Of a stretch of DNA of 64,000 bases, positions 55,017-64,000 are shown piece after piece; position 1 is the stretch's first letter, and the number at the start of each line of letters is the position of its first letter. The position numbers and the translations under genes were made by a program. Origin of the DNA: Lama guanicoe (Eukaryota); contig MU053810.1 of NCBI GenBank assembly GCA_013239625.1, positions 1,187,320 to 1,251,319 of the forward strand, in the 5' to 3' direction. The notes beneath the pieces were generated by a model. That model was not told where the DNA came from. It did not search any database and saw only the letters and a list, made by a program, of their open reading frames with translations.

Positions 55017-56646
55017 CAAATTAAAGAAGACTTTAAAAAATGGAAAGCTATCCCATGCTCTTGGATTGGAAGAATCAATGTTGTTAAAATGGTCACACTG
55101 CCCAAGGCAATCTACAGATTTAATGCAATCCCTATCAAATTACCCAGGACATATTTCACAGAACTAGAACAAATCATAATAAAATTTATATGGAACCATC
55201 AAAGACCTAGAATTGCCAAAGCACTACTGAAGAGAAAGAAAGAGGCTGGAGGAATAACTCTCCCAGACTTCAGGCAATACTATAGAGCTACAGTCATCAA
55301 GACAGCATGGTATTGGTACAAAAACAGACATACAGACCAATGGAACAGAATAGAGAGCCCAGAAATGAACCCACAAACTTTTGGTCAACTCATCTTCGAC
55401 AAAGGAGGCAAGAATATATAATGGAATAAAGACAGTCTCTTTAGCAAATGGTGTTGGTAAAACTGGACAGCAGCATGTAAAACAGTGAAGCTAGGACACT
55501 CCCTTACACCATACACAAAAATCAACTCAAAATGGATCAAAGACTTAAACATAAGACAAGATACAATAAACCTCCTAGAGGAAAATATAGTTAAAACATT
55601 ATCTGACATACATCTCAAAAATTTTCTCCTAGAAGAAATAAAAGCAAGAATAAACAAATGGGACCTAATGAAACTTACAAGCTTCTGCACGGCAAAGGAA
55701 ACCATAAGCGAAACAAAAAGACAACCTACGGAATGGGAAAAAAGTTTTGCAGTTAAAACCGACAAAGGCTTGATCTCCAGAATATATAAGCAGTTCATAC
55801 AACGCAATAAGAAAAAAATAAATAACCCAATCCAAAAATGGGCAGAAGACCTAAACAAGCAATTCTCCAAGGAAGACATTCAAATGATCAATAGGCACAT
55901 GAAAAAATTCTCAATATCACTAATTATCAGAGAAATGCAAATCAAAACTACAGTGAGTTACCACTTCACACCAGTCAGAATGGACATCATTCAAAAAGCC
56001 ACAAATGACAAATGCTGGAGAAGTTGTGGAGAAAAGGGAACCCTCCTTCACTGCTGGTGGGAATGCAGTTTGGTGCAGCCACTGCGCAAAACAGTATGGA
56101 GATTCCTCAAAAGACTAGGAACAGACTTACTGTATGACCCAGGAATCCCGCTCATGGGCATATATCCAGAAGGAACCCTACTTCAGGATGACACCTGCAC
56201 CCCAATGTTCCTAGCAGCACTATTTACAATAGCCAAGACATGGAAACAACCTAAATATCCATCAACAGATGACTGGATAAAGAAGTGGTGGTATATTTAC
56301 ACAATGGAATACTACTCAGCCATAAAAACCGACAACATAACGCCATTTGCAGCAACATGGATGCTCCTGGAGAATGTCATTCTAAGTGAAGTAAGCCAGA
56401 AAGAGAAAGAAAAATACCATGTGAGATCGCTCATATGTGGAATCTAAAAAAAAAAAACATAAAATATAAATGCAAAACAGAAAGAGACTCATAGACAGAA
56501 TACAAACTTGTGGTTGCCAAGGGGGCGGGGGATGGGAAGGGACAGACTGGGATTTCAAAATGTAGACTAGATAAACAAGATGATACTGTATAGCACAGGG
56601 AAATATATACAAGATCTTACGGTAGCTCACAGAGAAAAAAAATGTG
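55017..56646 (+). mobile_element. Young L1 fragment (ORF2 C-terminal ~475 codons with two nonsense codons, plus partial 3' UTR)
   Basis: [34 protein letters not shown]... through the Cys-rich motif [18 protein letters not shown] to SLICGI-stop (56445-56447). In-frame TAA at 55419-55421 and 55458-55460; no frameshift; 5'-truncated. Confidence 0.95.
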
Positions 56647-57848
56647 TACAGGAAAAGTCCCTCTGCCAACTTGTTCTAGATATATAGCGAGTGACCCCCC
56701 CATGGTGTTTTTGAGATTTGGAGGGTTATTTTTAAGTGTCATATAATCTAGTTAGTCCTGATTAACTAACACACCATGCAGTTTCCTATGTTAATACTGG
56801 AGTGTTACTTACAGTTAGGACTGTAAATATCTATTTACCTTTCAGATTTTGATACTTAAATATGTTAAGAAAGGCCGTCCAGCAGCATCTCTGTCTCCAA
56901 CCCTATGGGGAAAGTTGTCAGACAAATAAAAGTTGACAGTAGACAAAATGTAGAAGCAGGAAGTGGGTGACATCAGCTCTCTGCCTCCAGCACTGACAGC
57001 TGAAGCCCTTGCTGTGCCTTCCTGCTTGAGTTGATTTGAGACGGGCCTCAGGGGAGGGGCTTCCTTGTCATGGTCACCCAGCTACGTTGCTCTTCATTAA
57101 GCCTGAGAGCCAGGTTATTTACTTCTTGTAAAATCAGAGAATAGATTCTTCATCCTGGTTCCAGGCCCACATTGTAGACAACAGGACTAAGTAACTGAGT
57201 TTATTCTATCTTTAATCAGCTATTTTAAATTAAAAAATCAAAGCCATGAATGGATGTAATTACTTTAACATTGCATTCCAGTCAACCTTTCATTACATAC
57301 CTAGAAAATACAGGATATTACTTTATCTTTCAATAAACTTGATAAAATTAGCATTTTAATGTCAATAAGGTCTACACTGAAAGATGCAATTGTAATTATA
57401 TCATAATGATAAACCGAATATCATAATTAATGTGATTATAATCAAGCACAATTATATTACTTGGCTCATTCATACTATTAAGAAAATATAATTACTTGAG
57501 CATACATCTTAGTAAGCCTTAAATAGCCCTTGAAAGATCTCTAAGTTCAAATGAAATCTTCTGTAAATTTGAATACTAACATTATCCTCTATTCATGCAG
57601 TTTCTAATTAGAACTTGTCTCAATTACAATGAACATTTTCCCCACCTAATTCAGTTAGATCACTGCATGGAGAATTTGTGACAATATGGCATTTCAATTT
57701 TTACTGAATTGTAGTTTACTAATTATTTTTTAATCAAAATAAATATTAATCTTTATCAATAAGACTTCTACTTTACACCGATATATTTATTTATTTTTTA
57801 TTTATTTATTTTCCATTACAAAATTGAAAGATAAGCTCTTCAGTTCTG

Positions 57849-57883
57849 ATATCTATATATCTATCTATCTATATATATATATA
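57849..57883. repeat. (TATC)/(TA)n microsatellite
   Basis: atatctatatatctatctatctatatatatatat. Confidence 0.85.
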
Positions 57884-60800
57884 TGATATATGATATGCAA
57901 ACTACAGGTGTACTCAAAATAGATGTGGAACTCAGTAAATTTATGTCCAGTTGGTTCAAATATAAACAAGTTTCAGTAAAATCCAAAGGTATTTATACAT
58001 GCACAGATAATTCAGCCAGGGCCAGAAACCATTTTTTCCCCTATATATTTAATGAAACACACACACACGCATACATATACACAGAGGTATAGATGAGTTT
58101 CCAAAAAGCCTCCCATTTTGAATAATCACACAAAAGGAAAACTGGGTTGAGGCAATCCACTATAAACATTGATGACTAAGTTGTACAGAATTAATCTAAA
58201 CAATAGCAACCATAATAAAAATGCGGGCACAGTTTAAAGCATTTAAAAATTCTAATAAATAGAGGGACTTTTCAGCAAATGCGTTACTTTACCTAAAAAG
58301 GAGGGTAAGGTAGGAGGCAAGAAATCTTGATGAAAGGGTGGTATAAAAAAAAAGTTTTAAGGCTGTTGAATTATGGAGACTTGGGAAAAGTAACCAAAGA
58401 CTAGAAAAAAAAGTAACGAGAACGTGGAGAAACAGAGTGAAGCAGCCCAGGGTGAAGTGCGTGCTCGGCAGCCCTCATTCTTCCGTGGCTCTCTGGCTCA
58501 GCTGTGTTAGCGTGCTTCCTGTTTGTCTGCTCTGCCTTGGTGGCACAGGACATTATTGTAGAAGGAGAAATCATGTAGGGATCCACACAAGTTCTGTGTT
58601 GTATTGAGCTAATTTCCTCATTGATTAGATGCATGCAAACTCATTGGTTTACAGGAACCTGCATTACACACGTGATCATCAAGACCACAGAAAGAAACCA
58701 ACATATACTGAACACCTACCATAGTGGGTGGTATCGTGAAACTAGACTCGGCAGGTACATGATCTCTTTTAAGGAGGGGATAAGGATGATTCATACTGAA
58801 GGGATTCTTGAGGAAATTGAGCAAAATGAGTCACACAAATTATTTGGAAAGTTGCCTCGGAGGAGTTGGGAAATACAGTTTTTAATTATTGATGCAGAGG
58901 TCAGGAAAGAGCTCAGCAGAAAACCAAGTGTGGTTTGGATTCCTTCCCATCCATTTACTTTTTGGCCTTTTCAGCCTTTAGACATCCTCGTGATCATTTC
59001 TCGGAGGTCTCTGGGTTAATTAGGTCTAGTTTAATTTCCAGTAGAATCGAGCAGAAGGAGAGTTTACTTAAGGATATGAGGAATCTCAGGAAACTCAGGC
59101 CCAGGAGTGCAGTCCCACTTCAGGAAGGACTTGAGAGAGATCTGGAGCTCTGATCTCTCTGTACCTCTTGTCTCTTTTAACTGCTTCCCTCTGCACATCT
59201 GTTTCAGTCCCCTCTCTCTGTGGAACCATCTTTTTCTCGGCTTCATCATACACAGGGAGTATGACTTCACCACAGGATTCAAGAACCTCAACACACTGTT
59301 GCAGAAACCCGTTAGTTACATTTCTAAACTCTCTGGTAGGTGACTCTGACTGATCTTGGGTCATATGGCCATCTTCAGATCAGTTAACTAGTCCAGGTGG
59401 AGACATGTTGTACAAACATGTCTACTGAGCCGCCACCTTGGTGACCATGTGGATGAGGGGGAGTTGTCAGATGAAGGAAGTAGGGTAGATAGGTCCACTC
59501 TTGGCTCATTGAACATGTATTCTTAGAGCAATATTCCTGCAACAAGCGCTAACATGGTACCTCCACAGATGAGTGGATTATTCCAGTAGGTGGCTAGTCC
59601 AGTGGGGTAGGTAAGAAGTAACAAACTGAGCTAGAGTACTGCAGTAGGAATAGAGAGGGAGAGATGGATGTATGAAATATTGTGAGGGAGACAGTAGATC
59701 AGGATGGATGCTTTAGCTCCAGTCATTAAGGCTACCTTCCAGCTGGTGGGAAAAAAATTAGGTGAAGGGAAAAAGCAAAAAGCACACACCAACTGTCCTT
59801 TAAAATGTTTCATTGGAACTGTTGCACATCCGTTCCACTTACAACTAATTAGCCAACACTTTGTTGCATTGTCAATCCGTAAGGAAATGTAGGAAATAAC
59901 GTTATTACTCAAAACTAAGGAAGAGGAAGGGAGTGGATGTTTGTGTGGAGAATCACCAGCCTACCACAAGTTCCTACTAGGTAATATGCCAGCCTAAGGG
60001 AATACAAAATTACGACTTTAATACATATTGCTAATAATGATTATTAAAATGTAAATCGCCACTGGCATCCCTTTGTCCAGTGCTGTTTACTCTGCTTCTT
60101 CATGTGCCGTCTGTTAAGATTGCTTATTACTTAGTTCTCAGTATTTCTCTATCTTCCCCTGTCTCCGTAATTCTGCATCTTAAGCCTTTCTTAGATGCCT
60201 CCCTTTTCCATCAAGATTGCTTTGCCTTTTTACTTTCAGTAAACTATTTTATCTGTTTCTTTAAATTCTCATCAGCATTGGCTTCCATTAAATTTTTATC
60301 AGGAATTCTCCCTAATTTAGTAGGTGAAATGCTATAGTGTTTTAATTTACATCTGTGGTGAATAATTCGGTTAAACCTTTTTTTCTAAAATCAACATGCA
60401 CGTTTCTCCACCTGAGAATTGCCCATTTATTTCCTCGTGAAAAATTTCTCTTGAGCTGTTTGCTTCCTTGTATTGATTTGGACATGCTCTTTCTTCACTG
60501 ATCTATATAAACATTATTTTATAAGATATATTTTAAACATGTTTCTGTTACTTTTAGTTTTCTTTTCATATTATTTATGTTACTTTTGATGAAAAACATT
60601 CCCATTCAATTTATGTAACTTAATCAGGGTTTTGCTTTATAAATTTGCTTTTGTCATTTAACTTAAGAAGCACCTTGAGACTAAGTAAGTATTCTTCATG
60701 GTGTTTTGTTTTCTGTTTTACATCTTTATGTTTTAGTGCTTATATTTAAATGTCCTTGAACCACACTTCATCACCATACAGATTTTGTCTAACTTTCTTT

Positions 60801-61724
60801 ATGCTTTGTATTTTTGGTTGATCCTTCTTCCCAAGTCCACTACTAAAAAAAATAAATAAATAACTGTAAGATTAATTGTTTCCTTTACAACATGCTGGTA
60901 CCTTTTACTTTCCTAGTATTGTAATGTGCTCTTTTCTTTTTTAATATGTTGTGTTTTGCACTGAGAGAACACCCTGCATTCATTTTAGTTGTTTATGACT
61001 TAATGGCTAATTAGAATTCTCTTAACTGTCCCACTTTGGTGGAAACTAAAATGTGGAATTAGGTGATTATCCTGATTATCAAGGACTCATAGGAATTCGT
61101 TTGGCAGGGTGATGCTCTCATTTTCTTAATTGCTTTAAACATAAGCATAGTCCAAAATATTAAAAGGTTCTTTTAATCTGTAATAAGCTAAATATGTTGG
61201 CTGAATTAATTTTTTAAAAGAAGAGAAAAATATGAAAATATTAAGAAATTAATCACCTTATTATTCATTAATTGATTTTTTTAAATCTTGTTATTGTATT
61301 TCTAGATCATGTTTAGTGTGACTGATTTTATGCCTAGGTATATTTTTATGGGTTGAATCACTGATAGAACATTATCTCTGACATATTAAGTATAAACTCA
61401 TTGAAATGAAGTTCAGTGGAATACTGCTTTCTTAGGGCATCAGATACAATTGCCTAATAAGCCATGGACTGTCTGAGAGAGACCATGAGAACATAAGGTC
61501 AGTAAGGCATAGGGCAGCCTTCAACAAGGGGTAAACCACAGCCCCAGTGTCAGAAGATCTGAAAAATTTGGAATCTCTTAACTTTCCAGGACTCCCCTCT
61601 TTCTCTCTCTCTCTCAGTGCCTCTTCCTCTCTTTCTTTACTCTTTCTTCCTTTCTTTTTTTTTTAAATCAATTTTTACTTCCTATTGTGAAATGCATCAG
61701 TGACAGTGCCTCTAAGCTCCAGCC

Positions 61725-61880
61725 TCATGCTAAAATTTGTTGAAGAGCTTAATATAATATCTCTTCCCAGACCTCACTGCCTCACTCCAGACCAGTTAAA
61801 TTTTTATCTCTAGATATGGATTCCAGGCATCCATAATTTTTAAAGCTTCAGATAATTCTACTGTGCAGTCAGATACATGA
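61725..61880. mobile_element. MER5-like hAT-Charlie MITE
   Basis: ctccagaccagttaaatttttatctctagatatggattccaggcatccataatttttaaagcttcagataattctactgtgcagtcag. Confidence 0.6.
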
Positions 61881-63236
61881 TCCTTCATTATACATATAAA
61901 AGTATATTTTCAATGTATATTTTTGGCTTAATATTAAAATAAAATGATCCCTCAAGTTACTTTGTACAAGTTAAATGTATCACCTGTACTGTACCTGGAA
62001 ATCCCTTCCATGCACTTCTCCAGTCATGTACTTTTCATGCAGAAATCATCACCCTACTTCTATGAGAACTGTCTTCTTGAACTGATTTTTAGTTTTGGCT
62101 AAACTGTATTCCTAAATAATATTATTTAATTTTTTTCAGGTTTTGTACTTTATATAAATAGTCATACTGTAAAATTATATGTATTTTTGGTGACTTGCTT
62201 CTTTTTTAGCTAAAATTTTTGGAGCTTCTTCATTGTGTATGAAACTGTGATTCATTAATGTCATCAATTATGTATTCATAAATGAATATTCCTAGAATAA
62301 GAGTTTAATTCTATTTCTAAATGTTTGTTTTTATTGAAGTTATTGCTAAGAAACCTTATTCACATAAGGCTGTGATGTTTGTTAAGATTTAATTTTGTTA
62401 TAGCATTGTCCTTTAAGTGCTTGAACTGGCTTACATGCCAAAAATATAAGTCAAAAACCACAGTATTTTTAATCAAAAAAGATTTTCTGATCTAATCTGG
62501 AAACTAAGTCACTTTAAATTTTTGGAAGCAACAAGTTAGAAACCACCTGATTTACAAAAGCATTTATTACATGATAGTAGAATCATTTATTCTCTGATTT
62601 TCTGGGAATAATTCCCAAAAAAGACTTACCTACCAAGACTTACAAAGACAGTATTAATAGTCTTTTCTGCTTTTCCATTTTATGACTCCTTTTTTAGAGC
62701 AATATACTCATAAAAATGTGGGAAATTTGAAACAAATAATTTTAATATATAAAAACTTATTTATATTCAATATTATTTGTTAAAGTATTTTAAAATAATT
62801 AAGAGTTTCTTTGTTGTCACTAAACTCTTTGTAAACAAAGTGCATCAAAATATTTACCTTTGGTCCATAGAAAACTTATTAAATTCTGAAGATTTGAATG
62901 AAATATTATATAAAAAATACAGTACAAATTAAATTTTTATACATCACCCATATAAGAGAGGGTTCAATGGAAAGGGTCAAAGATAATACAATACAGTGAT
63001 TAGGTTTATTTGTATTCATTTTATGCAGAAAAAACATAACTTGATCATTCAGTTTGACCCTGAAATTTGCACGTAAATTGAAAATTATGTAACAGTGTCC
63101 TTCAGTGACCTTACTACATAAATAACAGACAAGACGAACTAATTAAAAAGCCTGAATCGTTTTGTTCAGCATTTCAAAATCTCTTGTTCTTCACTAAAAC
63201 CCAGTAATAGTGTCAACATCAGAGAAGTTCTAAAAT

Positions 63237-63795
63237 CTTACATTTTTCTTAAATTGTTAAATATCCTTAAGTCCACACTGATATAAAATATTGCTAAATA
63301 AATACATAAATGGGAGAGAAAAAACAGATCTTCTGTAGGTAAGAACACCAAATAGTTTATGGAGATGCTCTGCCCCCAAGGTGGGAAACCTAGGTCTCTG
63401 TTCCACACATGTGGTCTGCACATAGTGACTTCCTTCCAAAGAACGTAGTATGGAAAAGGATAGGAAAAAAAAAGTAACTTTAAAATGGAGAAACAAGACA
63501 AGAATGACATTGGCTGGGTGAATAAGGTCAGCGTGAGCAGTGACAAGTCATGTCATAGTATGTGCCCTGGTCGTGATGTGATGAAAGTAACACTTTACTT
63601 CTTCCCCTGCACTCATAATCCTAGCTAACCATAAGGGTGGAAGATCAAATTCCAGTAGATATCCTGCAAAACACTTGACCAGTGCTGTCCAAATTACAAA
63701 AGTTATCAAAAACAAGGAAAATTTGAGGAACTGTCACCGGCAAGAGAGGTCTAAGGAGCGATGACAAGACCAACCGAGTACTGTGGTCTTCAACG
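63237..63795 (+). mobile_element. Old L1 (L1MC/L1MD) 3' UTR fragment
   Basis: gtccacactgatataaaata...catagtgacttccttccaaagaacgtagtatggaaaagga...cagtgacaagtcatg...caaaagttatcaaaaacaaggaaaatttgaggaactgtcac. Confidence 0.75.
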
Positions 63796-64000
63796 GCGGG
63801 GAGGACAGTGTCTTCATCTTTTCTATCCTTCCTGTGGTCATGTTCTGTGAGAAAAGTACAAGGAGCTTAAAAACGTGCGTTCCTGTGAAATCCATTGTCT
63901 GAAATCTCAAAGCATACTGAATACCATCACCTGAAGGAGATGATAAAACAAGTGTGTGCCCACAAATACGGTCCATGGAATGAGTGCATGGAGCTCTGCG

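Noticed and set aside
54996..56447. 141-aa and 320-aa ORFs as a novel gene
   Set aside because: They are consecutive pieces of L1 ORF2 in one frame, separated by two nonsense codons; the endonuclease and RT core are absent.
58401..59364. Cluster of overlapping 60-130 aa ORFs
   Set aside because: No recognisable domain, LDLRA/MAM motif or consistent splice-bounded frame; part of it looks like a degenerate MaLR LTR.

Overview
Mammalian, AT-rich, repeat-dense genomic DNA, most likely camelid, judging by two vic-1-type tRNA-derived SINEs and a matching young L1 family. The window lies inside MALRD1 (MAM and LDL-receptor class A domain containing 1, DIET1) on the + strand. Three coding exons (1038-1283, 3444-3601, 46797-46980) splice in frame through GT-AG introns of 2,160 and 43,195 bp. 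Together they encode one LDLRA module and one complete MAM domain. I did not recognise the next exon downstream of 46980. The rest is intron filled with L1 fragments (several with readable target-site duplications, TSDs), L2, MIR, MaLR and ERV solo LTRs, hAT DNA transposons and simple repeats. No prokaryotic-type system, CRISPR array or intact novel gene is supported. The most interesting signal is a sense-oriented solo LTR (54316-54772) carrying a hairpin that closely resembles half of the NXF1/TAP-binding constitutive transport element (CTE) of simian type D retroviruses. Other points of note are an inverted pair of young L1 copies bracketing the third exon, a near-perfect 145-bp tandem duplication at an L1 junction, an orphan A39 tract behind an AATAAA, and a perfect 13-bp-arm palindrome. 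Repeat subfamily names are from recognition, not from a search, and boundaries of old repeats are approximate.
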